A DNA stretch of 64,000 nucleotides from Eledone cirrhosa (taxonomy: Eukaryota): positions 4,092,001 through 4,156,000 of the forward strand of contig OZ024747.1 of NCBI GenBank assembly GCA_964016885.1. Reading direction: 5' to 3'. The notes below the pieces were generated by a model. The model ran no database searches and had not been told where the DNA came from. It saw only the letters and a program-made list of their open reading frames with translations. Below are positions 1 through 11,841 of the stretch, piece by piece (positions within the stretch are counted from its first letter, which is position 1; every line of letters begins with the position of its first letter). The translations under genes were made by a program, and so were the position numbers.

Positions 1-413
1 AAATGAAAATACATCAAATATATTGATAGACGTCAAATTGTACTTGATACTTGTAGCTACCAATGGATAGTTGCTGCTTGGTGCAGCCTCTCTAACTACA
101 TTCAATCTATCTATCGTTCTACCTCCTCTCTCTCTCTCTCTGTATATATATATATATATATATACATGCAGTGTATATATCTGTATCTACACATACATAT
201 ATCATATATATATTTATTTACACACATTCATATATATATATATATCATATCTATTTACATGCATACACAATATATATGTATACACACACACACACAGACA
301 TATATGTACATATATATATATATATATGTAATGTATACACACAAAAATGAAGAATGAGGAAGTATTCTGGAATCTCATTTCATTTTATTAATTACACCAT
401 TGCTGTTATACGT

Positions 414-833
414 ATTTCAATGGTATCAATTATGTAATTGATACATCTTCACCAGATAGCCATGACATAATTGGTCATACTGTGATATGTTCCAGGCAAA
501 TGTTTTTATGCTGTCACCCCCCTGCCTGACAAGCTTATTAATCTTGGTTAAAAGACTATTTAGCAACATTTGGGGCATGTTCACTTCCATCATTGGTTGA
601 ATGTAGTTCACCTGTGTTTGTTTCTCATCACATTGACCTCCCTTTAATGATTAGCAGATTATTGGACCTTTTAATGAAATTTCAAGTTTATTAGTAAAAA
701 TCTGTCTGATGGTGTGTTGTGTTTTATTGGTGCTAGGTCAAAAATACATACTCAGAACATATCAAATTATGAACAATTACGTAATGGCTATCTGACGAGA
801 TCATATCAATTACATAATTGATGCCATTGAAAT
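414..833. mobile_element. Old MITE-like element with ~95 bp imperfect terminal inverted repeats
   Basis: 414-508 (atttcaatggtatcaattatgtaattgat...gatatgttcc) is the imperfect reverse complement of ~739-833 (gaacatatca...atcaattacataattgatgccattgaaat); no coding interior; TSD unclear. Confidence 0.6.
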
Positions 834-834
834 C

Positions 835-1362
835 TAGCATGGGTTAGACAGGTTCTCATTAGAGGCATGTTGGGTCAGGGGACTGTGTCTTGTTCAGATA
901 GAACTAATTCTGGTTAGGTTTCTATTGCTGGACACCCTTCCTAATGCCAACCACATTTACAGTGTGGGGGTGGTGTGGAGAGATGTGAATGGGTGGGAAT
1001 ATAGAGGTGCCTGCTAGATGTATGTTTGAGTCCGTGCACATGGGAAGGCCTGTCTTCTGTATTACTGCATAATGTCAAAGATCTCAATCTTGTGTCATTT
1101 GAGAGGTGCAATTGTGCAAGGTCAACTTTTATCACCTTGTCCCGGGTTTTCCTACTACATAGCTTCCATCAGTTTTGATTGCCCTGCACCTTTTTATACA
1201 GCTGCCATCCTTCATATGCATCATATGAGCATACTGCATCTGATCCCTCTTATGCCTAATTTCTCTCTCTGTTTATTTATGCTTTGCTGTTCATGTATAT
1301 TACTATTAAACATCCATCGGAGCATGCATGCTTCATTTCTTTCCAATCTTTGCAGGTCCTCT
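835..1362 (-). mobile_element. Degenerate 3' fragment of RTE-clade LINE
   Basis: Aligns by eye with 46600-47295 (ctagcatgggttagac, cccttcctaa, ttgccctgcac.tttttatacagctg, catctgatccctcttat, acatcca.cggagcatgca). Confidence 0.7.
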
Positions 1363-1849
1363 ATTCTATATTTTCTATTATTCTACCAGATTAAAAATAA
1401 TTATTAATAATATTAACATAAATAATGATGAGCTCATGTTTGGATACATTATAAAATGTAAACCCCAGTCCACAGTGAGGTTTGAACTTAAAAGGTATCA
1501 GAATACAATACATAAGAATATACATACAACATATCCTTCTGAGAAGAAAAGAAAGAACATCAATAACAAAATGGAATGGTAATCAAATGTTATAGGATAC
1601 AAAATGTTGCTTCAATATCCTATAACTATCAACACACTCTATCATCAATCTCCACCTTCTACTAACTCCATGTAGAATGTTACTGTATTTTTAATTCCCA
1701 GTTGGGACATTTTGATTCACTTACACTATCATTGACTTTCCAGAAGCCATGTATATAGACAACTTAGCTTTTATACTCTTCCTAAAATCTCATGCTTTAT
1801 GCCTTCGTTAGAAACATCAATTGGTACCTCACCACCATCACCACTACTA

Positions 1850-2100
1850 TATATCGGCAGTCGATCAACAAGATTCCACACCTCATTCTCTTATTGAGTG
1901 GGGTGGAGCTCGTCAAATTGGACCAAGGAAACAATGTTTCCATTGGTCTTTCCAATTGCTGATACTATCTACTGGTTACAAATCCAGGCAAAAGGAGCAA
2001 CGTAAAATAAAGTATCTTGCTCAAGGACTTGACACACCGCCAGATCTGGGAATCAAACTCACAACCTCATGATTGCAAATCCAATTCTCTAACCACTGAG
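1850..2100 (-). mobile_element. tRNA-derived CORE-type SINE, degenerate
   Basis: ggagcaacgtaaaataaagtatcttgctcaagga...gaatcaaactcacaacc...ctctaaccactgag matches the copies at 36760, 51390 and 61905; its reverse complement gives A/B-box-like motifs and a MIR-CORE-like ccttgagcaaga motif. Confidence 0.6.
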
Positions 2101-2192
2101 TTCAAATCCCATTTCCTCTCACTGGAAGAATAGTAACATGATGGCACTGGAATTTCTATCATTCAAATACCTACGAAACCTCCAATGAGATA

Positions 2193-2632
2193 CGGCAGCT
2201 GAAACTAGTTAAACGGCAGCTGAAACTAGTTAAACCTCAGCTGAAACTAGTTAAACCTCAGCTGAAACTAGTTAAACCTCAGCTGAAACTAGCTAAACCT
2301 CAGCTGAAACTAGCTAAACCTCAGCTGAAACTAGTTAAACCTCAGCTGAAACTAGCTAAACCTCAGCTGAAACTAGCTAAACCTCAGACGAAACTAGTTA
2401 AACCTCACCTGAAACTAGCTAAACCTCAGCTGAAACTAGCTAAACCTCAGCTGAAACTAGCTAAACCTCAGCTGAAACTAGCTAAACCTCAGCTGAAACT
2501 AGCTAAACCTCAGACGAAACTAGTTAAACTTCAGCTGAAACTAGCTAAACCTCAGCTGAAACTAGCTAAACCTCAGCTGAAACTAGCTAAACCTCAGCTG
2601 AAACTAGCTAAACATCAAACGATGCTAGCCAA
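2193..2632. repeat. 21-bp tandem repeat (cctcagctgaaactagctaaa), ~21 copies
   Basis: Direct reading; diverged extra units at ~2764-2799. Confidence 0.95.
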
Positions 2633-2647
2633 ATATATATATATATA

Positions 2648-2728
2648 TATTTGTATATTATTCTATGTACTATACATGCACCTTTGATGAGTTGTAGTGC
2701 ACCTGAGCACTGTACACAATAATTTCAT
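2648..2728 (+). mobile_element. Short LINE-like 3' end fragment; longer inverted copy at 4108-4285
   Basis: atttgtatattattctatgtactatacatgcaccttt...gcacctgagcactgtacacaataatttcatt is the reverse complement of 4108-4190; both copies sit in (TA)n. Confidence 0.5.
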
Positions 2729-2767
<39 letters not shown>

Positions 2768-3677
2768 TAACCAAACCTCAGATGAAGCTAGACAAACCTG
2801 TATATTTAGGTACTTTTGTATCTATATTACTATAACTCTCTGGCATTATTTCCAGTCTTTGTTTGTTGTTTTCCTCATGTCATTCTTGAAGAAGGGTAAC
2901 ATACCTTTGACAGTCAAGTATTCTACCATGGAGGTGATCCATCTCATTTCTTAATGCTAACAAGCTTAGCAGCCTGTGGTTTGTAGAAATATTTATCATT
3001 TAATATAGATAGAAAAATATATTTGAAAAATGTCCTTCCACTATTTGTATGATATTGGATACATTGCTATTCTATAGTGGTGCCATAAATCTTTTAAGTA
3101 AATAATTGTAAATATTTGATAAGATGATGGTGTATCAGACAAAGATTCCACTGTATACCACCATCATCATCGTATCCATGAAGATAACATTTCTAGCCTC
3201 AGTCAAACTAGTATAGTTAATACAAAATATTGTGAAATATATAATAAATGACTAAGTTTTAAAAAGCTGGTACAGTGTGGTAGAAAGGTCAAAGGATGAC
3301 AAAGTAATGTTTTATGCAGTATATTTCAACATGATATATCACGGCTATCATCCCCTTTTCAAATGTGAAACGAAAACATACTGTGCATATATACCATTAA
3401 TTTGTAGTAGGACTATAATGGCCTCATTGAAAGCTGTTGAAATATTTTACCCAATATATTTTCATTTTACATTTGAAATATTATGTTGAAATATACTGGG
3501 TAAAACATTACTTTGTTTTATTTCTCATCCTTTGTCCTTTATATATTTCTACCACATTGTATTGGCCTTTTAAAACTTATCAGTCATTTATTACATATTT
3601 CACAATACTTTGTATTAACTATACTAGATTGACTATATATGTATACTCACACACACTTACATATATATATACATAAT

Positions 3678-3840
3678 TATGAAAAAATTCAGGACTCCGA
3701 CCACTGAGCTCTGGCTGTTTCGACAGCTAAGCTGGAGCTCAGATGTTGGGGTCCTGAATTTGTTCATATTAGTCACTCTACTACCCCAAGTATCAAGTAC
3801 TCTGGTGGGTTATGGTCTAGCTGGTTTTTACCACACCCTA

Positions 3841-3845
<5 letters not shown>
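3678..3845 (+). mobile_element. Fold-back Penelope-like pLTR remnant (same family as 35962 and 50803)
   Basis: Imperfect hairpin 3678-3768, then tail cactctactaccccaagtatcaagtactctggtg shared with 50918-50960; flanked by (TA)n. Confidence 0.5.
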
Positions 3846-3871
<26 letters not shown>

Positions 3872-4051
3872 ATCATCATCATCATCATCATCATTTTACA
3901 TCTGCTTTTCCCTGCTTGCAAGCATGGGATGGGTCCTATTCAGCACAGCATCTCTCCATTCGGCACCACGGTCCTTCGTCATCTCTGAGAGCTTCAGCGA
4001 TCTGAGGTCAGCTCTCACCACCTCTGCCCATGATTTTCGTAGTCTTCCTCC
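3872..4051 (-). mobile_element. RTE LINE extreme 3' end (ORF C-terminus plus (GAT)n tail)
   Basis: Minus strand reads GGRLRKSWAEVVRADLRSLKLSEMTKDRGAEWRDAVL, homologous to GRPRKTWDDLINSDL...DRDLWR of the 46933-47331 ORF. Confidence 0.7.
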
Positions 4052-4436
4052 TTCTCCCTCTCTCTCTCTCTCTCTCTCTGTATAAATATATATATATATA
4101 TATATAAAATGAAATTATTGTGTACAGTGCTCAGGTGCACTACAACTTGTCAAAGGTGCATGTATAGTACATAGAATAATATACAAATGTCAGGGAAGTG
4201 AATAGTGTATGAGTCATGATATACATGTGTGCGTGTGTATGGAGGGGGAATATTAGGTGTAGTGTTGGCGAATCTCAGGAAGCATATATATATATGTAAA
4301 TATCTCTCTATATATATATATTTAAAACTCATGTATAAATGAATGATTACCAGACATTGATTATCCACTACAAATTTATCAGTTGGCAACATTTAAAATA
4401 ATATTAAAACTAATTGTAATGGATTTTAAATTGCAG

Positions 4437-4544
4437 GCGTTGCCAGCTGCATTCTCTGGAAGTCTTAATCGGAGGCATCATTGACAACATATCGGACATC
4501 CGTCTACATCCATTTAATTACATCAAAAACAGACATCGCAAATG
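4437..4544 (+). CDS. Candidate internal coding exon of an unidentified host gene (RCQLHSLEVLIGGIIDNISDIRLHPFNYIKNRHRK-W)
   Basis: Acceptor ttaaattgcag| with an upstream ctaat branch-like motif; strong donor G|gtgagt; 108 nt symmetric phase 2-2; only one of three frames open; unique sequence less AT-rich than its flanks. Confidence 0.55.
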
Positions 4545-4702
4545 GTGAGTTCAATATTACATTTTTTAAAGAAAATATATTTTTCTATCTTTTTATTCAT
4601 TACTTGTTCTTCAGCTTGACTTTTATTTAATGGCATTAAAATTTACATACACACACTCATATACAAATATACATACACATATGTATATACACACAGGCAC
4701 AT

Positions 4703-5012
4703 ATCATCATCATCATCATCGTTTAATGTCTATCTTCCACGCTAGCATGGGTTTAGACGGGAATTGTCCCACTTGAGGCAATATTGGTCGTCTCACTCAT
4801 ATAGGACTGCCTGGCAGGTTTTCTATGGCTGGATGCCCTTCCTAACACCAACCACGTTTACAGTGTGGACTGGGAGGTGTTTACCGTGTTACCTACACGG
4901 CCACATTACAGCGTGGAGTGTGTGGTTTTTTTTGTCATGACACCTACACGACCTCATTTATTTAGGACTGGATGTTGTGGTACCAACATAACTTTACAGA
5001 GAAAGGGGTGGG
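4703..5012 (-). mobile_element. RTE LINE 3' UTR fragment
   Basis: Closely similar to 46577-46870 (catcatcgtttaa.gtc, ggatgcccttcctaacaccaaccacgtttacag, gactggatgttgtggtaccaacataactttaca). Confidence 0.75.
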
Positions 5013-5041
5013 GATATGTGTGTGTGTTTTTGTTTGATAAA

Positions 5042-5094
<53 letters not shown>

Positions 5095-5099
5095 ATATA

Positions 5100-5292
5100 T
5101 TTGTTTCTACTTTTGGCGTAAGACCAGCAATTACCCAGTGTATTACTGGTACTTTATTTTATCGACCCTGTAAGGATGAAAGGCAAAGTTAACCTTGGCG
5201 GGATTTGACTTTTATCCTTACGGAGTCGATAAAACGAAGTACCAGTAATGCACTGGGGTAATTGCTGGCCTTGTGCCAAAAGTAGAAACAAA
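5100..5292. mobile_element. Two 3' halves of the Meta/MESC-like SINE joined head-to-head (fold-back)
   Basis: 5100-5207 is a minus-strand copy and 5208-5292 a plus-strand copy; each ends outward in aagtagaaacaa. Confidence 0.8.
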
Positions 5293-5874
5293 TATATACA
5301 TATATATTAAGTGAACTTTAGACAATTTTTGGTTTGATTTTTTTTTTTTAAATTCTATTGGATGGTTTAACTTATAGGTAGATCTGGTCATTCTGATTAG
5401 CATAAGATGCACAAAGATAAAGCACTCAACATCGTGTAAATTGTCCATCGTAGATGTGGTATCCTGTGGGTAGTGCAGGAACGGGGTTAATGTATAATAT
5501 ATATATTAATGACACAGACACACACATATACATATATGTACACACACATATATATATATGTACACACACATATATAAAAGTATAATTATTCATATTCTTT
5601 CAAAATGACCAGATTGTTTGAGGGGAGAGGATGAGGACAGAGAAGGATGGGGCTGATGAGGATGAGGACAGAGAAGGATGGGGCTGATGAGGACGAGGAA
5701 GGTAGGAATGAATCAAATGGTAAAAGAAGGGGAGACAATAGGGTGGGGTGAGAGTGATGGGGAAGTGGTTTAGTGAGGGGATGAAAGGATTTTTAAAATG
5801 GCGAAGATAAAGGGGGAAAGTATGTAGTAAAAATCAGAGAGGGAGCTGTGAGGTGGGGTTTGTGGTGGAGGTAT

Positions 5875-6403
5875 CATCATCATCATCATTCGTCGACTAC
5901 TGTCGAGATGATGGATCTCACTCTCATGCCCAGAATTCCCTGTCCCCCATCACTGCCCCCAGGTCCTGTCTACTGATTCCCGTATCCCTAGAGATAACGT
6001 CAGGGAATGACAGCTTCCTACTCCTAGTCAGGCTGGAGTCAGGGTTCCAGAGCAAGAGAGCGGATATGGTTTCATTGCTGGCACGGTGACAGTGGCCAGC
6101 AAATTGAGCTCTCTGGGATTTTAGAAGGGCAGAGGCTCGAGGGAGTTTGCCATAGATTTTAGACAAGGTGGGATGTCGTTTCCAGGATAGGTTTTGCACT
6201 CTCATTAAGAGGCGGGTATATTTGCCATCCAATCTCCTCTCAAGTTGTGATATTAGTATCCAAGTTTCGGATCCATAAAGTAATATGGGCTTAATGGTTG
6301 CTTGGAATATTTCCAGCTTTAGCTTGTTGGTAAGTTGAGATGTCCATATGGCGTGCATGTCATTGCACGCTGACCATGCCATACCCTTCCTGGTTAGAAA
6401 ATC
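5875..6403 (-). mobile_element. 5'-truncated RTE-like LINE (ORF C-terminal region, (GAT)n tail)
   Basis: ORF 5924-6436 has KLEIFQATIKPILLYGSETW...RLDGKYTRLLMRVQNLSW...QFAGHCHR...MGDREFW, typical of the post-RT region of RTE-like LINEs. Confidence 0.85.
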
Positions 6404-6583
6404 TTTTGGCACAAGGCCAGCAATTACCCAGTACATTACTGGTACTTTATTTTATCGACCCCGTAAGGATGAAAGGCAAATTTAACCTCGGAGGGATTTG
6501 AACTCGGAATGGCAAGGGCCGTAACTCAACGCATCAAAGCATGGTGTCCGACGCTCTACCGACACTGCCAATCCACCACCCTA
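6404..6583 (-). mobile_element. tRNA-derived SINE (Meta/MESC-like central domain)
   Basis: ctggtactttattttatcgaccccgtaaggatgaaaggcaaa...gggatttgaactc; B-box-like gagttcaaatccc on the minus strand. Confidence 0.8.
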
Positions 6584-6983
6584 ACATGGTGTCCGATGCT
6601 CTACCGACACTGCCAATCCACCACCCTAACATGGTGTCCGACGCTCTACCGACACTGCCAATTCACCACCCTAACATGGTGTCCGATGCTCTACCGACAC
6701 TGCCAATCCACCACCCTAACATGGTGTCCGATGCTCTACCGACACTGCCAATTCACCACCCTAACATGGTGTCCGACGCTCTACCGACACTGCCAATCCA
6801 CCACCCTAACATGGTGTCCGATGCTCTACCGACACTGCCAATCCACCACCCTAACATGGTGTCCGATGCTCTACCGACACTGCCAATTCACCACCCTAAC
6901 ATGGTGTCCGACGCTCTACCGACACTGCCAATCCACCACCCTAACATGGTGTCCGACGCTCTACCGACACTGCCAATCCACCG
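6540..6983. repeat. 45-bp tandem repeat x10 derived from the SINE tRNA head
   Basis: Unit catggtgtccgacgctctaccgacactgccaatccaccaccctaa matches the SINE 5' end seen at 22844-22886. Confidence 0.95.
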
Positions 6984-7881
6984 TAATTAATGTTCAATGT
7001 TTGAAGTTCAGCTTGGCTAAAACAGGAAATTGAGAATATGTACAAAGATCAAATAAGTGGTTGTAAAAGCAGGTGTCACTGGTTTAAATAATACAGGGGT
7101 GGCTGTGTGGGGTGGGGTAGTAATAGGTGTCGTTTAGGTTGGTGTTTGGGAACAATCAGTTTACTGTGAAATGGTTTGATTGAGGACAAGGTGGTTATCT
7201 GCGAAGAATGAGTAAAAATGATTGCAATCAAACATAAATGAAGATAAAGACAGATTCATTAAGATAAAAACAAAAAGATTTATAAGATGGGGGTTTTAAT
7301 ATTCATATTTCTGTGTTTTATATAATGGAGATATTATATAGCTTTAAAGAGATGTTTTCTTGAAAACATGACTATCTACTAGCTTTTTCATGTTCTTTTT
7401 TTCATATTTTTATGAGTTTGGGTAATGAATTTTCAAAATCCATTATCAATGTTTCTAGTCTTTCACAGTCTCATCTTCAGGCATGTTAAATGTTGTTATT
7501 GTATGTATACAATAGTAGACAAATGTGATTTGTGTAGACTTTATTTCCAGAAATGTTTGTAGTCTGTGTCATCATTCACATGGTTATTTTGTTAGATACA
7601 TTTCTATGCCAGTATTTTAACATTGTGCTACATTGAGTAATGCTTCCATCATTAGTGATCTATGGATGTGTTTAACAATACTTTCCTATCTTAATTTGTT
7701 TCATATTGTGTACTGTAGTGTATTGTATTGCAATTATTTTGTGTTATAAGTGAATGGTGAACCTGTGAGAAAGTTTTGTATTTGTATGACCAATCAAACT
7801 CAAACACACATTATATATATCATCATCATCATCATCATTTAACGTCCATTTTCCATGCTAGCATGGTATATATATATATAG

Positions 7882-8610
7882 TGATTAACATGTGTGTGTA
7901 CCGTAATGGATTTGTATTTCTAATAATACACACTTGATTATATCATTGAGTAAGAGATGATGGCCAAAGCTGTACCAATCTTCTTTGAGTAGCTTTGTAA
8001 ACCTATATCTCTATAATCTCCCAGGTTATGGACCTACATTTGAATTGTAAAAGAATCATTTAAATTTTTTTTACTAGTTCGATTTATTTATTATTTGCAA
8101 CTCTGTCTTTGTTCTCTACATAAGCACCCTGGTTGAGTGCTTTGGCTTATATTCAGTTTTTCAATTTCCTGCCAATGTGTTCCCTAAGAATGGTCGAGTT
8201 AGGCTTACCTCCTCTTTGAAGCACAATCATGGGACAAGTCTGGGACTACTAATGGACGTGTACTAGAAGGTTAAACAAGCTTTTCCATTTGTAGGAGGCC
8301 ACTACCCCTGATGAAGCATTCCATAGCCAAATTACATAGCATCTGCGGATATTACCTAACTGCTGTGAATAGTGGTTCCAGTTGGACCTATTGTTGACAG
8401 ACCGGAGTGCAGAAACCAATGCATTGGTCTGGGTATATTTGATAGGCAAATATCATTACGCACACAGTTTTTTTTATCCTATTGATTAACGTGTGTGCTC
8501 TCTAAGTAATGGGTTTGTATTTCGAATAATACAAACCTGATTATATCATTGTGTGAATAAGAGATGGCCAAATCTGTACCAATTCTCTTTGACTAGCTTC
8601 GTAAACCTAT
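7882..8610 (+). mobile_element. Element bounded by ~125-bp diverged direct repeats (partial tandem pLTR-like)
   Basis: 7882-8008 resembles 8483-8610 (tgattaac...gatggccaaa.ctgtaccaat...tagctt.gtaaacctatat); flanked by (TA)n; interior ctgatga at 8308. Confidence 0.5.
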
Positions 8611-8629
8611 ATATATATATATATATATA

Positions 8630-10063
8630 TCTCTAATATATATTTGTGAAATGGGTGGTGGTTGAAATTCAGATGTGCGCGGTTAAATGGTAGTAGACGT
8701 GGTCGGACTGACATGAAAATTTACACACCAATGTAAAACGTGTCAAGGAAGCAAATAGACGAGTTTTCAAATCTCTAACTTGAAAAATGTGGTCCCTGGG
8801 GCCCCAAAACTATCCCGTTCGGTGAGTTATTTCCCCCTGTTCTAATACTTTTGTCTTATTTACAATTTCATCAACATTCTTTCGCTGTTAACATACAGTA
8901 CCAATAATTTGAAAAATATTATTGAAAGTTTATTATAAAGAAGCAGTTTCAGGAAAAAGTGTAAACTATCATACAAACCTTCATAATATGCATTTTTAAA
9001 CTTGCATATCATCGACATTGCTATTTCGCTGTTAATAAACTATCATCCTTCTACATTTAACGATCATACAGTACCGTTTTATGAAATCGATTCTGCAGTA
9101 CGGTCACTGTTTTCCATCAAAAGAAATAAAACCCTTGGCGATACTTGGTTTTAGTGTCCTAAATTATCATCATCGACATTCAATTATTAGCTCCACCCAC
9201 TACACGATACGTCACGAAGGTAAATGTTTCGAAAAAATTTTAAACTGTATATTGCAACAATATATTGTTTAAAGAAATTTTTTTTCTGTTGTTAAAAACT
9301 GTAAATCTGTTTTTAAAAAAATGTATTTCGCAGCAATTTTTTTTCTGTTAAAAACTGTAAATAAATATTCATGTAAAAATGAAGCATAGTGTTTCGGTTA
9401 AAAACTTAAAAACTGTAAATAAATATTCATGTAAAAATGAAGCATAGTGTTTCGGTTAAAAACTTAAAAACTGTAAATAAATATTCATGTAAAAATGAAG
9501 CATAGTTTTTCTGCGAAAAACTGTAAATAAATATTTATTTTGTTCAAAAAATAAATCAAAAATCTAATTTTCTCTTAATATTTTAATAAATATTTATTCT
9601 AAAAATTCAACTTTTTTCCGTGTAAAAATGAACATGTAAGAAAATGAACATGTAAAAATCAAGCAGCAGTAGCAGCTGATGACGTGTCGTGACGTATCGT
9701 GTAGTGGGTGGAGCTAATAATTGAATGTCGATGATGATAATTTAGGACACTAAAACCAAGTATCGCCAACCCCTTAAATTGCGAAGAAGGGACGCGTGTT
9801 TTTATTTTAATTCTAATACATGTTAACCACCACTAACAGTAAATAGTATTTTTCAAATTGCATATCATCGACATTGCTATTTCGCTGTTAATAAACAACG
9901 CTTTTCACGTCGCTCCACTTCTCATTGTACGCCATCCAGCCCCAAGTGCATATTTCTATTTTTTTTCCTGAAACTGCTTCTTTATAATAAACTTTCAATA
10001 ATATTTTTCAAATTATTAACTTAATAAAAAGTGGCCCCGGGTGCAACCAGGCTCAGCTGCTAG
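8630..10063 (+). mobile_element. Non-autonomous Helitron-like element
   Basis: Starts TC (tctctaatatata) after A; ends with an imperfect GC hairpin gccccgggtgcaaccaggc then CTAG, followed by T; no TSD; inserted in (TA)n. Confidence 0.7.
9137..9767. mobile_element. MITE nested in the Helitron; perfect ~81-bp TIRs, candidate 8-bp TSD (Merlin-like GGCGA terminus)
   Basis: 9135-9217 is the exact reverse complement of 9687-9769; flanks aaaccctt / aacccctt; interior has 59-bp AT-rich tandem units. Confidence 0.7.
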
Positions 10064-11299
10064 TATATATATATACTGAAGACGGATGTGTTTTCTGTAC
10101 AATTGTTCATATAACATTCAAACATTAATTAAATGAGCACTGAAAGGAAACCATGGCAATGACTTCGAAGTTTCACAGAGACGCGGCCATGTTTATGAGG
10201 CAAAGATATACCTGCAAATTATTACCATACCTGCTGTGCCTTCACAACCATGCACACACACACACGCACGCACAACAAGCGACTAAAAGATTGCTGTTAG
10301 GAAGGACATTGCCTCAACATGAAAAAAACGATGTTATATATAATTTTTTTTCACATACTGAACTTCTTAACTTCAATGCGATGGGCCAAGCAGAGTTGTC
10401 TACCTTTCTCTTTTAAACTAGTTATGTATAAACAATCAATATTACTGTACTCCTATCTTAGCTGCATATGTGTTTGACTCTCTCTGTCTCTCTCTATGTA
10501 TATTTCTCCATTATTCCCTGCCTTTCTTTCATATGCTTATTTTATTGTTTTACCTGCGTTCTAATATGTCTCTTTCCTCCTCCCGCTTTTCTCTATCTCT
10601 CCCTCTTGCTATCTACATCCCTCCCACCCCCCGCACACACACACATATATATATGTATGTGTGTATATATATATGTATATTTGTTTTGCGAGGTTTTTTA
10701 TATGAAATATACACGTGTGTGTGTGTGTGTCTGTGTCTGAGTCTTTGTGTGTCTCTCTTTATGTTTACTCTGGTCTAAAAATCGGTGTTGTTCATTTGTG
10801 CCCCATGGTTTGTTGTTTCAACAATTAGAGAAAGAAAATATAAATAGCTGACTGAAATAAGTCCTGGCTTCGATATATGATCAATTAAAACTCTTCAAGG
10901 AAGTGTCCCAGCTTGAACGCCATCCAATGATTGATACCAGTAAAAGAATATAGGGACAAAACGACTGCATTATTCCCCTCCCTAGAAAGATACGAGATAT
11001 GTGGGTGTGCTCATTACAACGTCTAATTTTCTAATGCAGGGGAGAATACTCTTGTATAAATAATATACTTTCCTGCAGACATAAGCATCCACACATGCAG
11101 ACATATACGTATATTTACGTAAATACACTAACACACGCACACACATACATGTATACATATTTACAAATGTACGTTTAGATTAAAATATATACCCACACAC
11201 ATTTACGCAAACGTCAAAAAATGTATACACACATTCGTTTATAGTCATACATTGAAATTTAAAATGTGTATTCACACTGACACATTAAAAGACAGCATA

Positions 11300-11468
11300 A
11301 AGTTACGTCCCTTTAATATCTGAGTTCAAATCCCTCCGAGGTTATCTTTGTCTTTCATCTTTAGAGGGTTGGTAAAAAAATGTACCAGTAATGCACTGTT
11401 GTCAATTTAATATACTTTCTCCCCTTCCCTTCAAATTGCTGGGCTTGTGACCAAAGCGGAAGCAGTTA
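11300..11468 (+). mobile_element. Meta/MESC-like SINE, degenerate
   Basis: gttacgtccctttaatatctgagttcaaatccctccgaggtt...gtaccagtaatgcactg. Confidence 0.7.
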
Positions 11469-11536
11469 TTCTTACATTCAGAGTAGTTCAGATGACTGGT
11501 ATTCCCCTAAAGTCATTGGTTGAACCCACCCACACC

Positions 11537-11841
11537 CACACCAGTGGAGACTTCTGCTGTCCTTGGCCTTAGGACCACCTTCCTACTTACCACCATTACC
11601 ACAGAGTTGGCTACCCACACCAGTGGAGACTTCTGCTGTCCTTGGCCTTAGGACCACCTTCCTACTTACCACCATTTCCACAGAGTTGGCTACCCACACC
11701 AGTGGAGACTTCTGCTGTCCTTGGCCTTAGGACCACCTTCCTACTTACCACCATTACCACAGAGTTGGCTACCCACACCAGTGGAGACTTCTGCTGTCCT
11801 TGGCCTTAGGACCACCTTCCTACTTACCACCATCGGCACGG
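11537..11841. repeat. 79-bp tandem repeat, ~3.7 copies
   Basis: ccagtggagac recurs at 11541, 11620, 11699 and 11778. Confidence 0.95.

Noticed and set aside
426-611. 61-aa minus-strand ORF
   Set aside because: Overlaps the inverted-repeat arm of a MITE-like element; no recognisable domain.
2142-2696. Open frame encoding (PQLKLAK)n
   Set aside because: No start codon or splice acceptor ahead of the repeat; a 21-bp unit easily leaves one frame open by chance.
6540-6983. TTAGGG once per 45-bp unit (minus strand)
   Set aside because: It is a variant of the SINE 5' end and flank, not a telomeric tract.
6509-7033. ORFs with 15-aa repeats
   Set aside because: Translation of the 45-bp SINE-head tandem.
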